From an uncultured Candidatus Peribacteria bacterium (GTDB lineage: Bacteria > Patescibacteriota > Gracilibacteria > Absconditabacterales > Absconditicoccaceae), in the NCBI GenBank assembly GCA_964468245.1, contig CAYXTU010000001.1, positions 1 through 41,190 of the forward strand: 41,190 nucleotides of DNA, written 5' to 3'. The notes beneath the pieces were generated by a model, which searched no databases, was not told the origin of the DNA, and was given only the letters and a program-made list of their open reading frames with translations. Positions 1 through 10,417 of the stretch are shown one piece after another. The stretch's first letter is position 1. The number at the start of each line of letters is the position of its first letter. Made by a program: the position numbers and the translations under genes.

Positions 1-278
1 TCTTTTCCTAAAAATGATATGTCTTCTTTTTTTTCTAAAACTAATGGTTCCATTGTTCTTATTTCTCTTATAGATTTCTTGGGGTCATCGATTATATTTG
101 TCTTTGTTTTATAGTTTTCTTTACATTCTTTTATTTTCATAAGTTTATTTGCTTTATCCACGATTGAGTTATCTAATGTGGAAAGTATATCATCTATTGT
201 TTTATTAGCAAAATCATGTTCCTGTCAGGAATTTAGATGTTCTTGCGATTCGTTGCTGAAAGATAATGAGTCTGTCAT
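1..278 (-). CDS. hypothetical protein, N-terminal part (gene continues past the left edge)
   Basis: ATG at 278..276, open to position 1 with one in-frame TGA read as Gly (MTDSLSFSNESQEHLNSGQEHDFANKTIDDIL...). No motif recognised. Confidence 0.4.
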
Positions 279-368
279 ATAATAAGTATATTCGGAATCT
301 TGAAAAAATCAAATTTTAGCTTTTCTTATTTTAACTTTCCGCCCACCCTTTTCTCTTTTCAAATGTAT

Positions 369-462
369 AAAAAAAAGACCCTCACAGGTCCTATGCTCTG
401 CTCCGGACACGCTAACGCTCTCGCACAACCTGGATCACATTGTGCGAAGTATGGGAAGGTGT
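369..462 (-). ncRNA. GC-rich structured island, candidate small RNA of unidentified class
   Basis: About 90 nt of much higher GC than the surroundings, in a non-coding gap between truD and the next minus-strand gene. Has an 8-bp hairpin tcgcacaa/ttgtgcga (421-447). On the minus strand it ends in gacc-loop-ggtc followed by a T-run (369-376). Shares a motif with the island at 5227-5457. Confidence 0.3.
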
Positions 463-645
463 AAAATAAGGCAAATTTAATTGGAACTGATATTTGTTCG
501 ATTAACGTTGAATATGTATCGAATCAGACTTTAATTTCCAGAATATATTTTTTTTATGATTTTTTGAAATTATAATTTATTTTGTGAGAAATCCTCTCCT
601 CTATTTTTTATATATTATCTAGTAAAATCCTTTTTTTCCTCTCTA

Positions 646-1755
646 TTAGTATGATATATCAATTCCTACCGTTTTTTGGAGCTGTTCTATGATGATGCTG
701 GCGTATGATCATGATGGTAGTGTGAAATTGAGGAGGATATCATCTTGCTGGAAGTGGATGTGTGCGTTTTGTGGAAATACCCAAAGTGGTCTTCTGATGC
801 CGAATATTTTATATTCCTTGCAGAGCTTGAAACTTTTGTCGGTGATTGCGTTTTTTGTGAGTAAGCCAGCTTCTTTGTTTCCTGCTTCGGTATCTTTGGG
901 TGCTAATAGGAGGTTATATCCTGGTACTGGTCAGGTAATATACATTGTTTCTGGATTGAAAGGAAGTTCTCCGTTGGTTCTGTTTGGATAACGAAAGAAG
1001 TTGTCGTTTTTTTTGCTGTCGTCGAAGAGCTTGATGGTGTTTGTTTTGGACTGGTATATCCCAAACTTTTGTTTGTCGTGATTGGTGATGTCGGTGATAA
1101 TATCGCCATCTAGTGGGAGTAATCATTTTTTGATTCTTGAACTTATATATTCGTTGAATATTTTGCTGGCGTATGCTTGTATTTTGAAGACTAGGTCCTT
1201 TTTATTTTGCATCTTTAATCTTCACTGAAGTATGTCGCTCCCCTGTTTTGGGTTAATTCCGCTGATTCCAAATCTCTGGTTTCCAAATAAATTGGGAAAT
1301 CATTTTTTGCATAAGGTCTGAATTTTGTTGTTCGCGGTTTCTTTTTCTTTGACGCTTAGCTTTTTGTTTGCTCTTAGCTTGATATAAAAACTATTTTTGA
1401 TAGGTGTCGTCATGCCTATAGGCGTAGTGTGTCGTCCTGTTTTGAGAACTGTCGCTACTTCTCCTATGCTTTCCAAAAATGCTTTTTCTCATCAGATTTT
1501 TTTGAGAGCACTTTTGTAGATACAGATTCGTTGTCTTGTTATTGCTTTTTTGTCTTTGAGTCCTGCAATTCACAATGCTAATCTCGGAAGGTTGCATGAG
1601 GCGCATAGGTGATTGACTACGTCCATAGTATTGAGATTTCTTTTTTCAAAGAATACAAAAAATACATCACCTGTTTTAGACAAGGTAAATGGCAACTCCT
1701 CTGTCACGATAAAGTCTTGGGATTTTTGTTTGAAAGAAAATAATTGATCGTCCAT
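646..1755 (-). CDS. truD: tRNA pseudouridine synthase TruD
   Basis: One frame is open from ATG 1755 to TAA 648..646 once about 8 in-frame TGA are read as Gly (translated block by block). N-terminus reads FKQKSQDFIVTEELPF. Catalytic motif reads LAL-G-IAGLKDKKAITRQ, with that Gly encoded by TGA at 1570-1572. Confidence 0.85.
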
Positions 1756-2031
1756 AGAGTGATTTATGGTAAAATTTTATTTATTCTTCTTTATTGTTTT
1801 TTCATGTGTCTTTATCTGAAGATATGCTTGCTTGTATGTTTTTGTAGAGATTGTCGAGTTCTTCTTTTGTGGTAAGTGTCGCTCATGTTTCTTTGGACTC
1901 TTGCATGTTTGTAGTAAAAAAGTAAATATTTGTAATATTGCTAATATTTGCAAAAAAACGTGTTTTGAGTATACTTAAATAGTAAAAAGTATCAAGTAGA
2001 AAGTGCTTTATTTTGCTTTTGTAGTGATAGT

Positions 2032-3972
2032 ATGCAGTTAGCTAATGTCAAAATCTCAAATCTCTTGAGTTTTCCCTATCAACCTGATTTTTCTAAGGTC
2101 GAAGGAGTGACTTTTTATAATAGAGAACATATGGATGTGCATATTTTGATTGGGCCAAATGGCGCTGGTAAAAGCTGATTTCTTTCTCTTATTAAGCAGT
2201 TTTTTACTATTGGGCTTATGGGTGATTATGTTTATGATAAACATTATATATCTTCGCTTTCACAAAACGATCTTACAAAAACTATCGTACATTTTCCTCA
2301 TCAGCTTACATCACTTCATCCTCATTTTTCTACTCCTACCTTACCTTCTCATTTGTCTGTACAACTTATTTTAACTGCTCATGATTATGATAATCTCCAA
2401 TATATTGTCAAACATCGTGATATTATCAATATGATTATCAAAAAATATAGTACGCTTGATATTGTATATCCTTATTTTTCTCATGAAGATATTTATAATT
2501 TTCCAAGTTTGTTGACTCTAGATTCTAGGTTTGATTTTTTGACTAATCAGGTAATTATTGATGAAAAAAATCTTTCATCTCAACAGCAGTTTGTTGTGTT
2601 GTATTTGAAAACTCTTGAACTCGTACAGATATGTATTGATATTTACAATGAGTTTGAAAGAAGTGGGAAAGCATTGCCACTTGTTCCTTTAAAAAATAGT
2701 ATCGCATTTATTGGTATGAATAGAACGCTTACTCATGTACCTCAATCGTTGGATCCACATACTTGGAATACGTACATTGGGAGTAAAGCTGTGCAAAATC
2801 ATTCTCAACATGTTGGATATTATCTCTGTATAAAAAAAATCCGAAATATTATTTCTGATCATTTTAGTTTGAAAATGACAAAAAAAAATATTGCAAATTA
2901 TCCTGAGAGATTGGCCGCTTCTGAATTTTATACTAGTTTGGTATATATTATCAAAAAATATATTAACAAAACACTTGTAATTAATTATATCGATGGTTTT
3001 TTGACTTTGGTTTTGGTTGATTATTTTGGAAACGAGATTGCATTTGCCGAGTTAAGTGATGGCGAGCAATCCTTACTTTCTATGATTTTTACGATATATG
3101 GATATGACCTCAAGGAATGACTTGCTTTCGTTGATGAGCCAGAAATTCATTTTCATCCACAGATGCAGAGAAGTTTTGCCAAAATGATAGAAAAAATTAA
3201 TCAGAATATAGAAACACAATTTATCGTGTCTACCTACTCTCCTCTTTTTATCAACGAATCGAATATCAAAAACGTATATAGATTTGCTAAAATAAATGGA
3301 AGTACTATAATCAAAACACCTTTGTTTTCTTTGTCTGCTGATGAGTCTACATTGGTACATTTATTGAAGTTTGAAAACTTGTCTAAGATATTTTTTGTCA
3401 ACAAAATTATTATGGTAGAAGGAGAAACTGATGCATATTTTTTTGATTTTTATCTCAAATATCTTCATACCTTGCCAGAACGAAAAGATAAAGTGACTGA
3501 TTATGAAATTATCAATATCAATGGAAAATGAAGTTATAAAGTGCGAAGTAAGTTTCTTTCTAGATTTGGTTTGCAATCATTTTTTGTTGGAGATTGGGAT
3601 AATGTCGTAGACTATGGGTTTATGACACAGGATGATCTTGTATATTATTATAAACAAGCTAAAATCCATGCAAATAAACTCAAAGCAATTCCTAGGTCTC
3701 ATAGTCGTTATAATAAACTGGTGGATACTATAAAAAATCTTTTCCCCAAACAATATAGATATCTGATTGCTAAGATACAAGATTTGTACCCAAAACATGT
3801 ATTTATTCTCAAAAAGTGAGATATAGAAACCTATCTTGGTATGAAAGAAAAATGACTTGAAGATACGATCAAATTTTGTCATCATCAATTTGCTCGTCGA
3901 AATCAAGACAAAGCATTTGCTAGTGCTAGACAAGAGTTTTGAGAAATATTTGCGGTAATTTTTGGTAAATAG
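2032..3972 (+). CDS. OLD-family / PARIS-like fusion: ABC-type ATPase plus TOPRIM nuclease (646 aa)
   Basis: Pieces 2032.., 2218..3120, 3163..3531 and 3541..3819 share one frame and are joined by TGA only; true stop is TAG 3970-3972. Motifs: Walker A ILIGPNGAGKS-G, signature-like LSDGEQS, Walker B LAFVDEPEIHFHP, TOPRIM Glu IIMVEGETDAYFF, DxD FFVGDWDN, then ILKK-G-DIETYLG. Confidence 0.8.
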
Positions 3973-4038
3973 CTGATGTATTTTGCATATAAAAAAACTT
4001 CTCTCATGTGTTTTGTGGAGAAGTTTTTTTTGCTATGT

Positions 4039-5118
4039 TTACATAGTATATGCTAATGCGGGTTGTATATATTGCGTGTATATGAACATAAATCATCAGA
4101 TACCAACAATCAAAAATAGAATGAATACTATCATAAAAATCCGATTTTTTCTTTTTTCTGATTGGATCTTTGCGTCAATATCATAGAGCTTTTTGTTGAG
4201 TGATTTTTCTTTGTTGTCTTCATTGATAGTGATCATGTTTTCTAACTTTTGTTCTATATTGCTTAGTTTGTACTGAAGGTTTGCTATAAATTCATTTTTT
4301 TCTTGGATGATCGTGTCTTTTATTTGTTCTTTTTCTGCGATACTTTTGTGAAGTAATGCTATTTTTCTAAATTTGTTTTCTACTTCTTGGAGTCTCTGTT
4401 GGAGTATTTGGATTGCTTTGTTTTTTTCTGCTATGATAGTATCTTTGTTTTGGTTGCTTTGGTGTTGCAATGTTAGTGCTTTGATTCTCTGTTCTGCTTC
4501 ATTGAGTTTTTGTTGTAAGATATAGATAGATTTGTTTTTTTCGTCTATAGATTTATTTTTTTGTTCGATGATGCTATCTTTTTCTTTGAATACGAGCAAA
4601 AATTTGCTGATATTTTCGTTCATCACTTTGGCTTGTTGTTTATGAAGTGATGCTTCTTGCTGATTTGTTTGTTGTTCATATTCTTGTTTTTTTTGTAGTG
4701 CTTCTTCATATATTTGCTGTGCAGTTTGTTGTGCTACTATTGGTTGTTCTTTTGTTTTGTCTTGTGCTGTGGGTGTTTGCATTCTTTCATAAAATGAACT
4801 TATTTCTTTTTCTATCTGATCTATTTTTTCTATTTCTAATGTTGTTTGTGATGTTCCTATCTCTTTTTTTAATCCATCAATATCGTTTTTGATATCATAC
4901 ATGATCATGTGTATTTCCTCTTGTTTTTCTTTGATCTCGGAGATTGTTTCTATGGTATTTATTCTTTCTAAAAGTGGTTTTTTCATGTTATGAAGATCTT
5001 TTACAAAATTTGCTCTATCTATCATCTTTTTGGCAAAATAGATAATGAACGCAAAAATTGGGAATATGCATATTCCTATGATGATATATATCTGATAATT
5101 GATAAGTGTTTGTACCAT
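4039..5118 (-). CDS. coiled-coil membrane protein with TM segments at both ends
   Basis: ORF 4096..5118 reads through two TGA to TAA 4041..4039. N-terminal TM is YIIIGICIFPIFAFIIYF, C-terminal TM is IFMIVFILFLIVGI. The middle is Q/E/K-rich heptad-like sequence with an internal repeat DTII.EKN..I..LQ..L. Confidence 0.6.
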
Positions 5119-5226
5119 ATATACAGCTTTTATATACGGATAAAAAGATATTAGTAAAAATAGTATATTTATATTCTAGCAAAAGTCAATACAATTTTTG
5201 TATGCTATTATCACATAGAATTTTTT

Positions 5227-5457
5227 AAAAAAGACGCTTCGCTGGGCTTACTTTTGACATGACTTCCCGCAGCTTCATGCGGGACAGGCGCCAGTAAGCA
5301 AAAACTCTAGCCAGATGCAAACCCAACAAACTGTCGTTTCACTATAAATGATTGTTTATCTCACCTCACTGTCGCACACATTCGTATGACTCATTTCGGC
5401 TCGAATAGATTGATTGCTTCGAGTATGGGGAGAGTCTTGTCATGCATCTTGCGGGGG
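5227..5457 (-). ncRNA. GC-rich structured island, candidate ncRNA of unidentified class (~230 nt)
   Basis: Non-coding gap between the MFS gene and the coiled-coil gene with strongly elevated GC. Hairpins: cccgca/tgcggg (5265-5282) and ctcgaa/ttcgag (5400-5423). The minus-strand reading ends in a T-run (5227-5232). No convincing ORF in any frame. Confidence 0.35.
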
Positions 5458-5494
5458 TAAAATAGTGTTTTTAAATATTTATATAAAAGTTCTG

Positions 5495-6676
5495 CTAGTT
5501 TATTTTTTTTGGGAGGTCGGGAGCATCGAATCTTTTGATGAAAAAGGGGAGTAGAAGAAGAATTATTCCAAAGAAGAAAAAGCTTATTTTGATTCCTAAT
5601 TTTTTGTTGAGATAATCTGCTGCTATCATAATGAGAAATAAGACAATATTGGTCACAATACCATATGATACTGATCCATATTCTTTTCTATGATCTTCTC
5701 AGATATGGAAGAAATACCTTCATTCCAAAAGATTGACGGCGATACCAAAAAATATTCCAATAAAAAATCAGAAAAATTTTAAGGTAATAAAGTAATCGTA
5801 TTTGTTTATTATGTGTGGGAAATATATCGTTGAAAGTCAAAAAATAATGGTAAATATTATTGCTATAAGTCTTCTTCTCCTTTTGAAGAATGCAGAAATA
5901 ATGTTTCCAAAAATAGCTCAACCAAATGATATCACAATTACAATGATGGATGCTTTTGGTGTTCTTTGGAAAATATCCATTCCCATTTCTAGCATTTTTT
6001 GTCAAATAGCAGTCGAGATTGCTCGCAGTGTTGCGATAGGAATCAAAAGTCGGATATATTTTTTTGTGATACTGATAATGTTTGGTATGATTTTTTTGAT
6101 GGTTTCTTTGAGTGGCTTAGTTTCAAAATGTTGATCATAATTCATGAGCATTGTGAGCATGCTTGATAGAACAAGAAGTCATATAATAGCTTGGAAACCG
6201 TTTGTTCATCGTTTGGCAAAGATACTAAATCATAGATAACTTCATAACAATATTCCTACCAAAATTGCAATATTTATTATCCCATTTATTTTTGCTTCTC
6301 CATTGTTTGATTTTTGTATTTCACAACTGAGAATGATGGATTTGGTGACTAATCGCAGACTATAGGCAAATCCTATTCAACTTACTAAGAGGACAAATAC
6401 TCGAAATGGGTAGTATCCAAGAGCATTTCCTATAGCTAAACACAGTATTGCTGTCAGGCTTGAAAAAATAATGATGTTTTTTTTGCGAAATGCATACGCA
6501 AGTGATGATCAAATAAAGTAAGCAAACATCCCTCACAAACTTAGATATCATGCTATTTCCTCTAGACTAATATGTACTTCTTTGAGATAGGATCGGAGAA
6601 AAAACTTGAGCGTAGAAATAAATACACTTCGAAGAAATGTTATGGCTACAAAGAGAATCATATTTTTGTGTTTCAT
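5495..6676 (-). CDS. MFS-type transporter (393 aa)
   Basis: Minus frame from ATG 6676 to TAG 5497..5495 has no TAA/TAG (checked triplet by triplet) and many TGA. Product is hydrophobic throughout (…VISFGGAIFGNIISAFF…, …FFGFFIGIFFGIAVNLLEG…) with a basic loop G.SLAYAFRKKN resembling MFS motif A. Confidence 0.6.
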
Positions 6677-6690
6677 AAATATTTATAATT

Positions 6691-6741
6691 GATAAATGCT
6701 ACCCGATAAAATGATAAAATGATAAAACGATGAAATGATGA
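6691..6741. repeat. GATAAAATGATAAA-type short tandem repeats
   Basis: Sequence is gataaatgctacccgataaaatgataaaatgataaaacgatgaaatgatgag. Same family as 16107-16160, 21952-22110 and 41133-41190. Sits 15 nt upstream of the MFS start codon. Confidence 0.8.
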
Positions 6742-6754
6742 GTTGCTAAGTAGT

Positions 6755-9253
6755 TTAGTTGTCTATTTTTATCGTCTGGTCTCGGATATCCATGCTTTGA
6801 ATTTGTTGGCTATGAGTGATAGTATAAAATTTCATTGCTCTTTGTTTGACAAAATCTTCCAACATGTTTGCTACTTTGCCTACCGTATCCTCATCGAGGT
6901 TGTTGATTGTTTCGTCGAGGAAAAGGATGGGTGAATTGATATATGATGAAATAGCTAGCATCCATACGAGTTTCAATATTATCCTTTGTCATCAGCTCAA
7001 ACTTTTTGTGTCTCTTTCTCCTTTTTGATCGAGTATTTTTGCTTCTAATTCTACTTTTTCACCTTCGTTTTTGAGTTGTAAGCTAATCTGATAGTCGACT
7101 ATTTGCGCAAGATAATTGTTTATGATGTCGTTGATGGTCGGTAGATGGTCTTGGACGACTAGCAAGAGTAGTTCTTTGGAGAAAATAGTGTAGAGGTTTC
7201 CTATTATTTTTTCTTGTTCTTCTAATTTTTGTCTTTGGAGCTGATGTCACTTGAATTCCTCTATGAGCATATCGATATCGTGATGTATTTGTTTCATTGT
7301 TTCATGATTTTTTTCCAAATTTGTTGTAGTAGCGATGTCTATTTTTTCTTTTTCTAGTTGTATTGTTTTTTGTTCTTGTTGTTTTTCTGTTATGATTTTT
7401 GCATAATCGCTCAATTGTTTTTCTATAGATTCCTGTTGAGTAATCGCTTTTTGTATTTGTGCTTTTCGTTCTTCTCTTTGTTTTGTTTCTTGTTCTGATT
7501 CATGTATTTTTTTGTCTAACTGTTTTGCTTCTTTGTCGAGACTGCTATATTGTGTGTAGATTGTTTCAATAGTTTTGTAATCTATTTCATTTAAAAATAT
7601 TTTAATGTTTTCTATTGAGTTTTCCGCTTCTTTTTGCTGTTTTTCTAGGTTTTCTTGATCATTGTTTTTTGATGGTATTTGTAGCGCTTGCAGTGTTTGT
7701 AATTCTTCTTGTAGTTTTTTTATTGTTGTTTGGATGTGTATTTGTTGTTGTTGGAATGATTTTTTTTGTATTTCAAGTTGATCAAATGTTTTCTTGTTTA
7801 TTACTTTGATAAATGGGCATTGAGCATCTATTTTTTGGCAGGCAAAGCTTGCTTGCTCGTTGATATTGTTTTCTAGTTCATTGATATTTTTTTCAATATT
7901 TTTTTCCTGATTTTTTTGTTCTTGGATTTTTTCTTCGAGATATTTTTTTTGGGTTGTTATTTTTTCTGCTTCGTTTTTTATTTTTAGTTGTTGGTTTTGG
8001 ATTTGTAGTTGGATATTTTTGATTTCTTCGGCTCACTTTTTGCCATTATGAATAAGTTCTTGTACAAATAAATAACTGTTTGTAACTGTAATATCTGATT
8101 CTTTCTCAAAAATTATTTCACTTCAATGTTGTTGTATATATGCCCGTATATTTGCTCTTGGGATTTTTTTTTCATAGGCAGATTGCTGAGTAATTATATC
8201 TTGTTTTTGTAATTTTAATGTCTCTATGTGTTTTTCATCGATGCTCTCTATTTTTTTTTGTAGTATGGAAATGCTTTCTTTGAGCTCTTTTTCTGATGAT
8301 TGAAGCTGTATATATTTGTCTTGGTGGTGTGTAATATCTTTTTGGATAGTCTCAAGCTGATGGAGTATCTTTTGTTTTTGTGATTTTTTGTTTTGGATGT
8401 GTTCGTGGAGTTGTTGTTCTCGGTCAGCAGGAAAATCGTCGAGAGAAAAATCAGAAATTTGTATTTTGTCTTGTATGAGTTTTCGTTGATCAAAAAAATC
8501 TTCATATTTGCTCGTTGCTAGGGTAGTATTGAGTAATGTTTTTGTTGTTTCAAATGTAGAAAGATAGTTTTGGATTCCTGTTTTGAGCTTTTCATCGTAT
8601 CTAGAAATGTCTGTTGTTGCTTTGATTTTGTATCGAATTTCTCTCTTTTTGTCTGCCAATACCTCTTTGGCTTCATCTATTCCCATGAGATTGAAGACGT
8701 TTTTGAGGATCAATAGTCTGTCTACGGGAGTAAGTTCAAAAATATTGTCAGAATCTTGCATGAGAAAAATGGTGTTCATAATTACTTCTCTCGGTGGCAA
8801 AATGGTTTGTAGTGTTTGCTGGAGGTCAGTTTCGTTTTTGAAACTAATTTCTTCTCGATGAATGTTGTTGTGTTGGTGCAACATTGCTTCGATATCTTTG
8901 TCGTTTTGTAGCGGAGTCTCTTCATTCAAAAATCATATGTCACCTGTTATTTTGTAGAGTTTGGAATCACAGGAATCTTTGGATTTCCCTTTTTTTATGT
9001 TTCTGATAATGAGATAGGTCTCTTGGTTTACCTCAAAAATTACCTTTATGAAGCCTTCTTTGGACTTGGTATTGAGAATATTTCTTGCGCTATATTTGTA
9101 TAATCCGTAGATTGGTCCATCAAAAAACAAAAAGCTTTTTCCTGATCCGATAGGTGCTTTGATGAGTATTTTTCCGGTTGTGAAAAAAACGCTCAGGAGT
9201 TTGTCCTGAAATGGTCAGATATTTTTGTAAGAAATGGCGATGAGATTGAGCAA
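6755..9253 (-). CDS. SbcC/Rad50-like SMC-family ATPase (832 aa)
   Basis: Frame walked in full from 9253 to TAA 6757..6755; only TGA interruptions. N-terminal Walker A KAPIGSGKSFLFFDG. About 550 aa of K/E/Q coiled coil with FACQKIDAQCPF near the middle. Signature LS-G-G-QRI with both Gly as TGA at 6989-6994. Walker B/D-loop ILFLDETINNLD. Start is taken as TTG 9253 (uncertain). Confidence 0.8.
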
Positions 9254-9434
9254 GCTGCTTTGTTATGTCCTAAATATGTGCTTTGATGATAAAAATATCT
9301 CCTAAAAAAACAACCACTTATTTGATTCCCAATATGTTTTTTTGTTTTTGTCAATCTCTCTTGCGGTAATACGTGCTATTTTTTTTGTTTTTTATCTTTT
9401 GTGGATATACTTATAGTATATTTATTATCTTTTT

Positions 9435-10232
9435 TTGTATCGTATGTATTCTTCGTCTCATCATTTTTTGAAAGAAACCAAGACCTTTGCAATTTTCTTT
9501 GTTTCTGTATTTGTAGCAATTTTGCTGTTTACTAATTTCAATTTGTTTGCAGCCAATTTTCTTGCTCTTTTTGCTGATGAAATCCATCCCGTAGCGCCAT
9601 TGGTTGCTCAAGACGGTTCTATCTCTACGATTGTAGATGTAGCACAAAAAAATGATATAGAAATCCAATGATTGCTTAAATCGTATGAAAATGCTACGGA
9701 CGCTACTTCACTTACTCCTTCACTTGAAGAAACATTGCAATCGCATTTGATGGGATATGATTTTTCTTTTTCTACGGTTCCTCCTGTTGATAGAATAATT
9801 ATTCCTTCGTTGTGACTTGATGTGCCTATTGTGACCAATGAAAATATGGCTCCTGTAGATTTTGCAAAAGCTGATTTTGATAAGCAACTCGAAGAGTGAA
9901 TAGTAAAATATCCTACAACACCTGCTCCATGAGAAGAAGGTAATACTTTGCTTTTTGGTCATACGAGCTATGTGGTATGGAAAACAAATCCATACGGAAC
10001 TATTTTCAAAGATCTTCCTAAACTCAAAGATAGCACATTGATACAGATATTACGAAAAGGAAATCTCTATGAATATAAGGTTATCGATCTTTTTATTGTC
10101 AATCCAAAACAAGTAAATGCTCAATATATGACCTATCAAAATGCTGGTGGTAGCTATATTACTTTGATGTGATGTTATCCACTAGGTACAGATAATAAGA
10201 GAATTATGGTGGTAGCGAAACTAATAGACTAA
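9435..10232 (+). CDS. sortase-family transpeptidase
   Basis: N-terminal TM FAIFFVSVFVAILLF, His motif NTLLFGHTSY, catalytic-Cys motif YITLM-G-CYPLGTDNKR. Pieces are joined across 4 TGA; stop TAA 10230-10232. Confidence 0.7.
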
Positions 10233-10417
10233 AAATTAGTGAAAAGTGAAAAACTAACAACTAACAGTGATGGTAATGTCTTGTTATGAACTATTGTAAT
10301 TTGGTGGGAAAAGCGTATATATAGTGGTAGTTATTATTATGCTTTTTATCACACCGACATTTCGTCTCTGTATAAAGCTTTGCAAAAAGGCTTTTTTTTA
10401 TTGCTTATATCTACTCA

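Noticed and set aside
369-462. Tested as SRP (4.5S) RNA because of CCAGGU and a GAGA tetraloop. Island 5227-5457 was tested as RNase P (GGGAAGUC after a hairpin; CAGGCGCCAGUAAGC), tmRNA and 6S RNA.
   Set aside because: The SRP helix-8 symmetric/asymmetric loop pattern and the GGAA/AGCA motifs do not fit. The RNase P-like words occur in the wrong order and strand for P4 pairing. There is no tRNA-like acceptor/T-arm or tag ORF for tmRNA. Left as unclassified.
689-1606. Track ORFs 689..991 (+), 903..1109 (-), 914..1126 (-) and 1391..1606 (-).
   Set aside because: All lie inside the truD coding region in other frames or on the other strand. The truD frame reads through with TruD motifs, while these have low-complexity or implausible composition.
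5688-6551. Track ORFs 5688..6005 (-), 5802..6134 (+) and 6360..6551 (-).
   Set aside because: They are off-frame overlaps of the MFS transporter gene. The MFS frame (5495..6676) is free of TAA/TAG and gives a coherent polytopic membrane protein, whereas these give Cys/His/Tyr-rich nonsense.
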